A stretch of DNA of 38,058 nucleotides. Source: Anaerolineae bacterium. Its GTDB lineage: Bacteria > Chloroflexota > Anaerolineae > S140-20. Shown in pieces: positions 17,072-25,525 of the stretch (positions are counted from its first letter, which is position 1; every line of letters starts with the position of its first letter). Under the pieces are notes generated by a model. It was not told the origin of the DNA and searched no databases. It was given only the letters and a program-made list of their open reading frames with translations. The position numbers were made by a program, and so were the translations under genes. The DNA lies in assembly GCA_027021705.1 (NCBI GenBank), contig JALUTT010000087.1, forward strand, positions 1 through 38,058. Direction: 5' to 3'.

Positions 17072-17626
17072 TCAGCCTTCCTCGTCTTCGGAGCTCCACG
17101 AGAACCAGCCCAGGCCGAACAGTTCGGAAATCAGAACCAGGTCCAGGATGATGCAGATAACGGCTACCGCGACCTTGGCCAGGATGAAGTCGAGGGGCAG
17201 GTCCACCGCGACGGAGATGGTGATGCCACCCGGCAGGGTGATGCCGGTGGTCGAGCTTCCGGTGGCTTTTCCAAAGAACAACCACCAGTGGAGGGGAAGG
17301 GCGAGGGAGAAGGCGACGATGTCGGCAAAGACGCGCCCGGAGAGGCGCGGCAGCCCGACGGCGGAACGGAGGACGTTGCCCATCAGGTAGAAGCCCACCA
17401 CGGTAAACCCCAGCGCGGCAGCCACGATGGGGAAGGGGGGGTGACCGCCGAAGTATTCGTCGCGGGGGAAGACGTTGAACAGGGCGAGGAAAGGCAGCAG
17501 CCCGGCGACGATGAACGCCAGCGCAAACAGGAAGGCACATCCCCAGGCCGCCGGCGAGGGCGGCCTGGAATCGGGCGGCTGCGGCGCATCTGGAGGTGAA
17601 GGTCGTGAGGGGCGAATGGTTTGCAT
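17072..17626 (-). CDS. Hypothetical membrane protein (about 4 TM)
   Basis: Pro-rich N-terminus followed by four hydrophobic segments; GAGGTG precedes ATG 17626 (GTG 17632 is an alternative start). Confidence 0.65.
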   Translation of the reverse strand: MQTIRPSRPSPPDAPQPPDSRPPSPAAWGCAFLFALAFIVAGLLPFLALFNVFPRDEYFGGHPPFPIVAAALGFTVVGFYLMGNVLRSAVGLPRLSGRVFADIVAFSLALPLHWWLFFGKATGSSTTGITLPGGITISVAVDLPLDFILAKVAVAVICIILDLVLISELFGLGWFSWSSEDEEG

Positions 17627-17689
17627 GTTCACCTCGTGCGAAGCCTTGGATGGCCGTGTGTACCCCAGGGAATTGAGCCCAACGCCGCC

Positions 17690-18847
17690 CTATGGGGCGA
17701 CTTGGACGAACTCCAGCACGTCGCCTACCCGCTGCACCTGGAAGATGTAGATGCGCGGGTCCTTCAGGTCGCCGTTGGGCTCGTAGCTGATAGGACCGAT
17801 GAGGGCATCGAACTGGAGGGAGCGGATCGCCTCGGCGACCGCCGGCCCCTCGATGCTCTGGGCCTTCTTCACCCCCTCGACGAGGACCTCCATCGCCGTG
17901 TAGCCGTTGACGCTGTAGGTGTCCGGGTTGCGGTACTCGACCTCTTGGTACGCCTTGATCCAATCCGGCCCGGCCACGCTGCTGGGCTGGGGCGCGAAGG
18001 ACATCACGTACATCCCCTCGGCCGCTCCGTCGGACTCGTCAATGGTCGCCGCCAGGAAGCACCCGTCGGAGGCCAGGAAGGGGAGGTGGTCCAGGCCCGC
18101 CTCCCGCAGGTCATACCGCAGGTAGGGGCACTCCACCTCGTAGCCGGCGTAGAAGATACCGTCGGCCCCCGAGGCAGCGATGGCCTGGACCTCCTCGGTG
18201 AACCGGTTCTGCTCCACGGCCACCTGCCGGCTCAGCACTACCTCCACCCCCCGGGCCCGGAGCTCCTGGGCCACCAGCTTCCCCAGGTCAATCCCGTAGG
18301 GATCGTCGTTGTAGAGGACGGCGATGCGCCGCGCTCCCAACTGACCGATCAGGTAGTCGGCCCCTACCCGGGCCTGGACGGCGTTGTTGGCGTTGACCCG
18401 GAAGAAGTTGCGGTAGCCCTTCTGGGTCAGGGAGACCTCGCTGGCCGTGGGCGTGATGACCACGATGGGCAGGTCCTTGTAGACCTCCATCGCAGCCAGC
18501 GTCTGCCCGCTGTTGTAGTGGCCGATCACCCCCAGCACCCGTTCGCCCGACCGGACGGCAGCAGCGATCTCCTGGGCCACGCTGACGGCGACATCGGAGT
18601 CGCTCTCATCGTCCACGCCTCGGACGACGAGGCGGTAGCCCAGGAGCCCTCCTTCGGCGTTCACCTCGGCCGCCTTCAGCCGAGCTCCCCCCACCACCGT
18701 CTGCCCACCGTTGGCCTGAAAGCCGGAGAGGGGGGCGGCCACGTAGACGATGAGGTCGCCTTTGGTGGGCTTCTTGTCGCCGCCGCAGGCCGTCAGGATC
18801 AGCGTCAGGACCAACACCGCGATCAGGATCGTCTCTGCTCGTCTCAT
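17690..18847 (-). CDS. Branched-chain amino acid (LivJ-like) substrate-binding lipoprotein
   Basis: Lipobox LTAC; APLSG, VNAEGGLLG, VIGHYNSG, NFFRV, DDPYG motifs of the type I PBP family. Confidence 0.9.
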   Translation of the reverse strand: MRRAETILIAVLVLTLILTACGGDKKPTKGDLIVYVAAPLSGFQANGGQTVVGGARLKAAEVNAEGGLLGYRLVVRGVDDESDSDVAVSVAQEIAAAVRSGERVLGVIGHYNSGQTLAAMEVYKDLPIVVITPTASEVSLTQKGYRNFFRVNANNAVQARVGADYLIGQLGARRIAVLYNDDPYGIDLGKLVAQELRARGVEVVLSRQVAVEQNRFTEEVQAIAASGADGIFYAGYEVECPYLRYDLREAGLDHLPFLASDGCFLAATIDESDGAAEGMYVMSFAPQPSSVAGPDWIKAYQEVEYRNPDTYSVNGYTAMEVLVEGVKKAQSIEGPAVAEAIRSLQFDALIGPISYEPNGDLKDPRIYIFQVQRVGDVLEFVQVAP

Positions 18848-18877
18848 CAGCGTGCTCCGGTTATCCGGGGTTCAGGG

Positions 18878-19795
18878 TCAGGATGACGCCTCTTCGGATG
18901 GATTGCCGCCGGGCTGGGCGACCAAGGGACGGATAAGGCTGGTGAACTCCAGGGGGAAGATCCACTTGGTGGAGGGGCTGGCCCCCAGCGCCTTCAGCGT
19001 CTCCAGGTACTGGAGGGACATCGTGTTGGGGTCCACGTCGCGGGCGATCTCGAAGATCTTCTGCAGCGCCACCGAGAAACCCTCAGCCCGCAGCACCTGG
19101 GCCGCCCGCTCACCCTCGGCCTTCAGGATGGCGGCCTGCTTCTCGCCCTCCGCTTTGAGGATGGCGGCTTGCTTCTCGCCCTCGGCCACCTTCACGGCCG
19201 CCTCGCGCCGGCCATCGGCCTCGGTCACCATCGCCCGGCGGTTCCGCTCAGCGGACATCTGCCGGTTCATCGCCTCCTGCACCTCCCGAGGCGGCTCGAT
19301 CTCCCGAATCTCGACACTGGTCACCTTGACGCCCCACCGTTCCGTTACTTCGTCCAGCTTCACCCGCAGGATCTGGTTGATCTCCTCCCGCCTGGCCAGC
19401 ACGTCGTCCAATAGGATGTCGCCGATGACGGCCCGCAGCGTCGTCGTGGCGATGCCCACCGAGGCGCTGGCGAAGTCCCGCACCTGGAGCACACTGGCCA
19501 CCGGGTCAATGACCTTCCAGTAGATCAGGAAGTCAATGCTAATGGGCGCGTTGTCCTTGGTGATCGAGGTCTGGCGGGGGATCTCTAGGAACTGCTCCCG
19601 CAGGTCCACCCGGACCGCCCGGTCAATGCCGGGGATCAGGAAGACGACGCCCGGCCCTTTCTGGCCGATACAGCGCCCCAGCCGGAAGACGACCAGCCGC
19701 TCGTACTCTCGCACGATGCGGATCATCGAGGCGAGGATGATGAAGAGGAAGAACAAGATGAAGAGCAAGCCGGAGCCGAAACAGAACTCAGTCAT
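18878..19795 (-). CDS. SPFH/band 7 (stomatin/QmcA-like) membrane protein
   Basis: N-terminal TM; IVREYERLVVFRLG, TKDN, WGVKVTSVEI, QMSAER; AEGEKQAAILK repeats. Confidence 0.93.
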   Translation of the reverse strand: MTEFCFGSGLLFILFFLFIILASMIRIVREYERLVVFRLGRCIGQKGPGVVFLIPGIDRAVRVDLREQFLEIPRQTSITKDNAPISIDFLIYWKVIDPVASVLQVRDFASASVGIATTTLRAVIGDILLDDVLARREEINQILRVKLDEVTERWGVKVTSVEIREIEPPREVQEAMNRQMSAERNRRAMVTEADGRREAAVKVAEGEKQAAILKAEGEKQAAILKAEGERAAQVLRAEGFSVALQKIFEIARDVDPNTMSLQYLETLKALGASPSTKWIFPLEFTSLIRPLVAQPGGNPSEEASS

Positions 19796-19819
19796 TATGA
19801 CCTCCCTTGGACAGCTGTA

Positions 19820-20455
19820 CTACTGATTGCCGTTTCCCTGTAGTCCATCGCGGGCTACGCGCAGCCGTAGCCCTTCCAGTCCGACGACGACGACCTCTTG
19901 ACCGGCTTTGATTGGCTCATCGGCGACGGCGGTCCACAGCTCGCTGGAGACCTGGACGGTCCCTTCCGGCTTCAGGTCGGTGGCCGCATACCCCCTGGCT
20001 CCGATCAGGTGCTCCATCCCGGTGCGCACGGCCAGCTTCTGGGCCTTCACCCCCATCGAGAGGGCGAAGAGGGCAAAGGCCAGCGTGGAGAGGGTGGTGG
20101 CCGCGACGAGCCAGCGGGAGAGGCGAACGGCCTCCGGCTCGGGACGGAAGAGGAGCAGGGAGCCCACGGCCAGCGCGGCTGCTCCGCCTAGGGCCATCGC
20201 CCCGTGGCTCTGGACGTGGAACTCGGCGACGAAGAGCCCCATCGCCAGGGCGATGAGCAGCAGGCCGGCCCCGTTGATGGGCAGTTGCACCAGGCCGATG
20301 AGGGCGAGGGCCAGCAACACCACGGCGATGGACTCCGCCACCCCCGTCCCCGGCACGATCCAGGCCAGCACGACGAACCAGAGCCCGGCGATAAGCAGGA
20401 CGTAGGTCACGTTGGGGTTGATGAGCAGTTCCCATAGCGTCCGAGCAACTTCCAT
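19820..20455 (-). CDS. NfeD-family membrane protein (TM bundle plus C-terminal OB fold, no protease domain)
   Basis: NPNVTYVLL...PGTGV...; C-terminal LIGARG...LKPEGTVQV..ELWTA...VVGLEGLRLRV; directly upstream of the SPFH gene. Confidence 0.9.
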   Translation of the reverse strand: MEVARTLWELLINPNVTYVLLIAGLWFVVLAWIVPGTGVAESIAVVLLALALIGLVQLPINGAGLLLIALAMGLFVAEFHVQSHGAMALGGAAALAVGSLLLFRPEPEAVRLSRWLVAATTLSTLAFALFALSMGVKAQKLAVRTGMEHLIGARGYAATDLKPEGTVQVSSELWTAVADEPIKAGQEVVVVGLEGLRLRVARDGLQGNGNQ

Positions 20456-20494
20456 CTCTCACCTCCCTTCTTGCCACCCCCATCCCTTGCCGTC

Positions 20495-21313
20495 TCACTC
20501 CTCCGACCGATACACCTCGTCCATCGCGCTCAGCACATCCTGAAGTCCCGCCACCTCGTCCGCGATCTCCTGCCGCAGCCGCTGAGCCCGACCGCTGTCA
20601 ACATCCTTCACCCCGATGAGCAACACCTGGGAGTAGATGGTCCCCATCGCCGAGAGGGTGCTCTCCAGTTGCAGGGCGGCCCGTTGCATCGCGTTCTGCA
20701 GTTGCCGTAGGTGCTGCCACTGCGTCTCCTTGTCCCGTAGGGTGCGCTCGATCTGAGCCCTCACTTGAGGATCGGTCTCCCGCTCCAGGTCCCGCCGGAG
20801 CCGTTTGATCCGCTGGGGAACGGAGCGCATATCCCGGGCGATCACTTCGTCTTGGGCGTAGCGGTCCAGCCGGCGGGCCAGTCGGTAGACGTTGGCAATC
20901 CAGTCGTCAATCTGGCGAGCCGTCTCCTGCAAGTGATCGCGCAGCACCCCCCGGCGCTGGGTGCGCAGGGCTGTCTCGATCCGCTCCCGATATTCCAACG
21001 CCTTTTCCACAGCAGCCCGATACTCCTCCTGGTGGAGCGCCTTCACATCGAACTGGAGGCGGAGCATCTCGGCCACCACCTGTCGGTTGACCTCCGGGTC
21101 GGTCAGGCTGGAGATCACGATGGCAGCCTCGGCCAGGATCCCGCCCACGATCCAGAACCACCAGCGCCAGCCGGGAAGGGGCTGGGGGAGGAAGAAGACC
21201 AGCAGGATGACCATCGCGATGGTCACGGCGCTCTCCCAGCGGAAGAAGGCGTAGCTCAGGATGGCCCGTGTGGCCCGTCGTTCCAGTTCCGTGCGTGCTG
21301 ACGATCCGCCCAT
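20495..21313 (-). CDS. Hypothetical protein with two TM helices and a long coiled coil
   Basis: Start moved to ATG 21313 (MGGSSART) after GAGG; two hydrophobic segments, then a helical heptad-rich body. Confidence 0.75.
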   Translation of the reverse strand: MGGSSARTELERRATRAILSYAFFRWESAVTIAMVILLVFFLPQPLPGWRWWFWIVGGILAEAAIVISSLTDPEVNRQVVAEMLRLQFDVKALHQEEYRAAVEKALEYRERIETALRTQRRGVLRDHLQETARQIDDWIANVYRLARRLDRYAQDEVIARDMRSVPQRIKRLRRDLERETDPQVRAQIERTLRDKETQWQHLRQLQNAMQRAALQLESTLSAMGTIYSQVLLIGVKDVDSGRAQRLRQEIADEVAGLQDVLSAMDEVYRSEE

Positions 21314-21319
21314 CCCCCT

Positions 21320-21357
21320 GTTACCTCGTTGCCTCGTTGCCTCATCGCCCCATCGCC
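21320..21357. repeat. Degenerate intergenic 8-mer tandem repeat
   Basis: gttacctc gttgcctc gttgcctc atcgcccc atcgcc. Confidence 0.5.
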
Positions 21358-23066
21358 TAGAAGTAGGTCGAGAGGATCTTGTAGAGCTTCTGGATGGTCT
21401 CCAACGTCCCCTCGCGGGCCTGGCCGCCGCTGGCCTGAGCCAGGATGCGCAGGGTCGCCATATCGGCATCGTCCCCGTAGGCGATGGCGAAGATCACCAC
21501 CGGTACCGTCTCACCACCTGCGTTACCCCGCTGAATCTTGTCGGCCAACCGGCCCAAGGTGACGCGCGAGGCGTTCTCCAGCCCATCGGTCATCACCACG
21601 ATGCCGTTGATCCGCTCTCGGTCCCCTAGGGAGATCAGTTCCTCATAGGCCCGGTCTACTCCGTCCAGCAAGGCGGTGTCCCCGCGAGCCTCCAGTCCTT
21701 CGATCGCCTGAAGCAGGTCCTCCCGATTGCGCTCCAGTTGGTCCAGGGGCACCAGGATCTGCACGTCGCTGCTGAAGATGATCAGCCCGACCCGCTCCTT
21801 TGGCCCCTTGATCTGATCCACGAAGGTGCGCAGCGCTTGCTTGACGTTCTCCAGCTTCTCCCCCCGCATTGAGCCGGAGACGTCCACCACCAAGTAGACG
21901 TTGGTGTGGCGCTTGGTGTACCACCAGACGTTGCGCACGACCTCGATGACCGACCGGCCGGGGATCTGGAGGGCGGTCTTGGGCTGGGTCGGGTCCACCC
22001 CGTTGGCCGGCGTCAGCGGCGAGCCCGGCCCGTCCAGGGGGATGGTGGGGTCGGCCGGACGGTAGCCGGCTGCCAGCACCTTCTGCTGCGACTCGGGCGA
22101 GCGCAGGAACTCCGCCAGCCGGGCGAAGACCAGCCGCTGCTCGTTGGTCAGCTCCGGCAGTTCCAGCAGGACCAGGGGATGGTCCTCCCAGAGGGAGCCC
22201 TCCACCGGGTAGATGGCCACCAGGTCGGCCCCCCGCTGGTTGGCGTAGACGACCAGTTGCTCCTGGCAGACGAAGGCGTCCAGGTAGTCGGGGCCGTTCT
22301 GGAGCACCTGCTGGACGACGGCCCACTCCCCCTCGCCGTAGTAGCGGATCGTCTTCTCGATGGCGGCCACATAGTCCAGCGTGGCCTGGGCCTGCACATC
22401 CTCGACGGTCAGCCCCCGGGTCTTGCCCGCACCGGCGTAGAACTCGGCCAGGGTGGCCAGCAGCCCGCTGGCCGACGAGGTGGACGGATGGCTCCACTTG
22501 AAGTCAGGGTCGCTCTCCGCCCGGGCCAGCAGGTCCGACCAGCCTAAAGGACGGTCGGGATAGCCCATCTCCTGAGCCACGTCTCGCCACATCGCAATCA
22601 CCACCGGCGAGACGGCGTAGCGGACGGTCCAGCCGGCTAGAAAAGCCCCCTCCTGCCCCGTCTTCTCCGCCCACTGTTGGTCCAGAGGATCCAGCCAGAT
22701 GGAGGAGTCAGGGTTGATGGCCTGGAACTCTCCTTGGACTGCCCGTTCGATCATCAACTCGGGCTCTACCTCGACCAACTCTACTACCATCGGGAGGCCG
22801 GAAGGGGTCTGAAGGCGCTGGGCGTTGAACTCCTCCACCAGGGTGCGGAGCAGTTCCCCTTTCTCCGGCGAGTAAGCCAGGGTCAGGGTGACCTGGGTGG
22901 GGGCCGAAGGGGTCTGCAGACGGCCCAGGAGTTCTCGGACTACCACCAGTCCTCCACAGCCCAGGAGGGCGAGGATGAAGAGGGTGATGGCGAGGACAAG
23001 ATAAGTGACGCAGCCCCCCTTCTGTTGGCGCCGGCGCCGTCTTCCATACCTACGCGGTCGGCTCAT
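21357..23066 (-). CDS. Membrane-anchored substrate-binding (type II PBP) domain fused to a vWA domain
   Basis: Arg-rich N-terminus plus TM; YSPEK, SPVVIAM, HPSTSSASG, AIYPVEG..EDHP; MIDAS DVSGS...GDTAL...MTDG; AIAYGDDAD. Confidence 0.88.
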   Translation of the reverse strand: MSRPRRYGRRRRRQQKGGCVTYLVLAITLFILALLGCGGLVVVRELLGRLQTPSAPTQVTLTLAYSPEKGELLRTLVEEFNAQRLQTPSGLPMVVELVEVEPELMIERAVQGEFQAINPDSSIWLDPLDQQWAEKTGQEGAFLAGWTVRYAVSPVVIAMWRDVAQEMGYPDRPLGWSDLLARAESDPDFKWSHPSTSSASGLLATLAEFYAGAGKTRGLTVEDVQAQATLDYVAAIEKTIRYYGEGEWAVVQQVLQNGPDYLDAFVCQEQLVVYANQRGADLVAIYPVEGSLWEDHPLVLLELPELTNEQRLVFARLAEFLRSPESQQKVLAAGYRPADPTIPLDGPGSPLTPANGVDPTQPKTALQIPGRSVIEVVRNVWWYTKRHTNVYLVVDVSGSMRGEKLENVKQALRTFVDQIKGPKERVGLIIFSSDVQILVPLDQLERNREDLLQAIEGLEARGDTALLDGVDRAYEELISLGDRERINGIVVMTDGLENASRVTLGRLADKIQRGNAGGETVPVVIFAIAYGDDADMATLRILAQASGGQAREGTLETIQKLYKILSTYF

Positions 23067-23076
23067 CGTCCCCCTC

Positions 23077-24348
23077 CTACCGTCCTGCGACGTTCAGGTC
23101 GAACCAGCGGAGCAGCGCCAGCAGGACTTCCCGGTCGGGAGAGCGCATCGCCGTGGAGCGCTGCACGAAGGTGGCCGCCCCCTGCTCCTGCCAGCGGACG
23201 AAGAGACTATCGCCGCTGTCCACCGGCACGTCGGGATGGACGGGACGCAGGCCGTAGGCCAGCGCCTGGGTCTGGACCTCTTTCGAGAGCAGGTACTTTT
23301 CAAACTCCAGGGCGGCGTTCTTCTCCAGGGCCGTCGTCTCCGGGCCCATCCAGACGGTGAAGGGGAAGTCGAACCAGGTGACGTAGCGGGGGTAGCGGAT
23401 GACCAGAGGGTCCGGCCATCGGTTCTGGATGCCGGCCATGTTGACCAGCAGGTCCGACTCCAGAAGCTGGGCCACATCCCCCGTGGTGTAGCCGAAGAGG
23501 GCTAGGCTCTCACCAGGTTGGCTGGCCGCCGAGAAGTCGGTGACCGCCCCCAGCGTCTCCGCCAGCCAGGTCTGGAAGTCGGGGTTGGTCACGTCATCCA
23601 CGCTGATGTTGGGGCGGTTGTAGTACTCGCCGGCCGCGGCGATCATCGCCGCCAGCCCGCCCACGTTTTTGCGGGGATGGGGGACGGCCAGCTTGAAGAA
23701 GCCCCACTCCTGCAGCGATTTCGTATCGGGCCAGTTCGCCTTCTGGCCGATCTCCACCCAGCCCCCTTTGGCCGTGGCCGCATCGTGGATCGTCTGCCAG
23801 TTCAGCTCACCGAAAGCCGCCTCCAGCACCTCGGCCCGGCTGGAGTAGACCCCCCAGGCCAGGAGCGAGATGACCAAGGGACGGGCCCGGTACTCGCCGT
23901 CGGTCAGAAAGACATCCCGGCCCAGCTTCTCCTTGTAGGCGGCGTTGACCAACTCCACCAGGTAGCGGCTGTCGGGAATCCAGACGGTGGGAAAGGTGGC
24001 GAGCTGCTCCAATTCCTCGGGCGAGAGGGTGTCCCGGTCCCGGTCACGAAGCAGGAAGTACTCCTCCCGATCCCACTTGCCCAAGGCTGCCAGGCCGTCC
24101 ATCGGGATCACCGTCACCCGGATGGGGCGGCCCTCCAGGGTGTGGTCTTCAGCGTTGAAGGCCTTGGCCGCGGCGGTGACCCAGGGCTCCACCGGCAGGG
24201 CGGCCAGCACCCGTACCTCCAGCGTCTCTCCGGGCTGGGGGGAGGCGGCCTGCCGCTCGCTACGAGCCAGCCGGAAGACCAGCGCAACCAACACGATGAG
24301 GAAGGCCAGACCCACGATGATCAGGAAGGTCCAACGTGTCCGATTCAT
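23077..24348 (-). CDS. Membrane-anchored extracellular solute-binding-like protein
   Basis: N-terminal TM; PTVWIPDS, PLVIS, FKLAVPHP, YP..VTWFDFPF, YGLRP; fold is paralogous to the SBP half of the next gene. Confidence 0.75.
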   Translation of the reverse strand: MNRTRWTFLIIVGLAFLIVLVALVFRLARSERQAASPQPGETLEVRVLAALPVEPWVTAAAKAFNAEDHTLEGRPIRVTVIPMDGLAALGKWDREEYFLLRDRDRDTLSPEELEQLATFPTVWIPDSRYLVELVNAAYKEKLGRDVFLTDGEYRARPLVISLLAWGVYSSRAEVLEAAFGELNWQTIHDAATAKGGWVEIGQKANWPDTKSLQEWGFFKLAVPHPRKNVGGLAAMIAAAGEYYNRPNISVDDVTNPDFQTWLAETLGAVTDFSAASQPGESLALFGYTTGDVAQLLESDLLVNMAGIQNRWPDPLVIRYPRYVTWFDFPFTVWMGPETTALEKNAALEFEKYLLSKEVQTQALAYGLRPVHPDVPVDSGDSLFVRWQEQGAATFVQRSTAMRSPDREVLLALLRWFDLNVAGR

Positions 24349-24412
24349 AGAACACCCCGAAGGCGTAACCTCGTTCGATGGTCAGGTCCATGAGGACTCA
24401 AAGGTGGTTTTT

Positions 24413-24536
24413 CGTATCTATTCATCCTGCCCTCCCGCAGGTCACCGGTCGAGGGCGCTTTCAGCCCCGATGGGCTATTGGAAGCACGGTTTCGCATCGG
24501 AAACGCGCCTAACCTGCGGGAGGGTGAACAGTTACG
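24413..24536. mobile_element. 124-bp MITE-like / structured leader element
   Basis: Imperfect terminal inverted repeats (CGTATCTATTCA..CCCTCCCGCAGGTCA versus CGTAACTGTTCA-CCCTCCCGCAGGTTA); GTTTTT direct repeat on both flanks (24407-24412, 24537-24542); two internal hairpins. Confidence 0.5.
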
Positions 24537-24544
24537 GTTTTTCT

Positions 24545-24573
24545 ATCCTACTACAAAGCCAGGGAAGCGTCAA
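24545..24573 (-). promoter_or_regulatory. Sigma70-type promoter for the SBP-vWA-NfeD-SPFH operon
   Basis: TTGACG-17 nt-TAGGAT on the minus strand. Confidence 0.7.
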
Positions 24574-24647
24574 CCGCGGGAAGAGCCCCCTCGCTCCCGC
24601 CGGATCACGGAGCCGTCGGAGAGCGTCGCTTCGCCGGACTCTCCGTC

Positions 24648-24685
24648 AAAGAAAGGGCGGGACCCAGGGAGACCGGGCCCCGCCC
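24648..24685 (-). terminator. Intrinsic terminator after pspA
   Basis: GGGCGGGGCCCGG-TCTCC-CTGGGTCCCGCCC 13-bp stem followed by TTTCTTT. Confidence 0.85.
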
Positions 24686-24699
24686 CGAGGGGTCGTCGC

Positions 24700-25386
24700 T
24701 CACTCGTCCTGGACCAGGCCCAGCCGACGCTTGCGCTCTTCCAGTTGCTGCTCGATCTCGTGCCGCTCCAGGACTTCGTCCATTTGGGCATCGAGCCGGG
24801 AAGCCATCATCTCGCTGCGGGCAGAGGCCTTGTCCAGCCGGGCGCGGATGGATTCGGCCACCCGGGAGATGTCCTGGTCGCCAATCCCCACCAGGTCGTC
24901 CAGGGACTTGATGGTCTCAGCGGTCAGTTCCTTGGACTTGGCCAGCTCCAGAAGCGCCTGCAGCTCCTCGCGCTCCTGCTTGATGGCCGTCAGCTTGGCC
25001 TCCAGCTTGAGCTTGGCGTCCAGGAGTGCCTGATACTCCCGCTTCTGGCGTTCCCACTGCTCCCGATACTCCTCGGCCAGGCGACGGGTGGAGTTGAGCT
25101 TGGATTGGGCCGCGACGGCCAGTTCCTCCTTGCCCTGCTGGAGCAACACGTCAATGTCTCGGTCCAGCTTGTCCGCCTTGGCCTGGTACTCCTTGTACTT
25201 GCGCTCCAAGGTTTTGACGGAACCGCCAACGGTGGCTGCTGCATCTTCCAGCTCTTCCAGGTTGTTCTCCGCCTGGCGGATGTACTCGTCCAACACGGCG
25301 ACCGAGTTGGCCTTGAGAGCCTGGTCTATCAGTGCGTGAAGGTTGGCCCGAACCAGTGTACCGACTTTCTCCAACAAGGATGCCAT
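24700..25386 (-). CDS. pspA: PspA/IM30 family protein (ESCRT-III-like)
   Basis: 228 aa, all-helical; amphipathic N-terminus SLLEKVGTLVRANLHALID; LQQGKEELA; C-terminal IEQQLEERKRRLG. Confidence 0.85.
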   Translation of the reverse strand: MASLLEKVGTLVRANLHALIDQALKANSVAVLDEYIRQAENNLEELEDAAATVGGSVKTLERKYKEYQAKADKLDRDIDVLLQQGKEELAVAAQSKLNSTRRLAEEYREQWERQKREYQALLDAKLKLEAKLTAIKQEREELQALLELAKSKELTAETIKSLDDLVGIGDQDISRVAESIRARLDKASARSEMMASRLDAQMDEVLERHEIEQQLEERKRRLGLVQDE

Positions 25387-25446
25387 ATCTCCCTCCTCGT
25401 TTTCAGGTTTCCCCCTTGGCGGGGCTCAGAAATCCTATCGCCCGTT

Positions 25447-25457
25447 AGTTTACCACA
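25447..25457 (-). promoter_or_regulatory. Extended -10 promoter candidate for pspA
   Basis: TGTGGTAAACT (TGn-TAAACT) about 60 nt upstream of the start codon. Confidence 0.5.
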
Positions 25458-25525
25458 AAAAGGGCTCGACCGCATGACGCCGGGCTGACAACACCCTGAC
25501 GCTCCCGCGGGCTCATTGATCGCTT

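Noticed and set aside
16883..17074. Stop-codon readthrough fusing the 4-TM protein to the helicase remnant
   Set aside because: The in-frame arrangement has a 1-in-3 chance, and I see no recoding signal.
16869..17963. 364-aa minus-strand ORF crossing the helicase remnant
   Set aside because: Arg/Pro-rich alternative frame overlapping two better genes; not the helicase frame.
19079..19186. 33-nt tandem repeat (AEGEKQAAILK)
   Set aside because: Normal coiled-coil repeat of QmcA/stomatin-like SPFH proteins.
24440..24515. Hammerhead ribozyme or known riboswitch in the structured leader
   Set aside because: GAAA/GAAAC are present, but the CUGANGA core and the TPP, c-di-GMP and SAM consensus elements are not.
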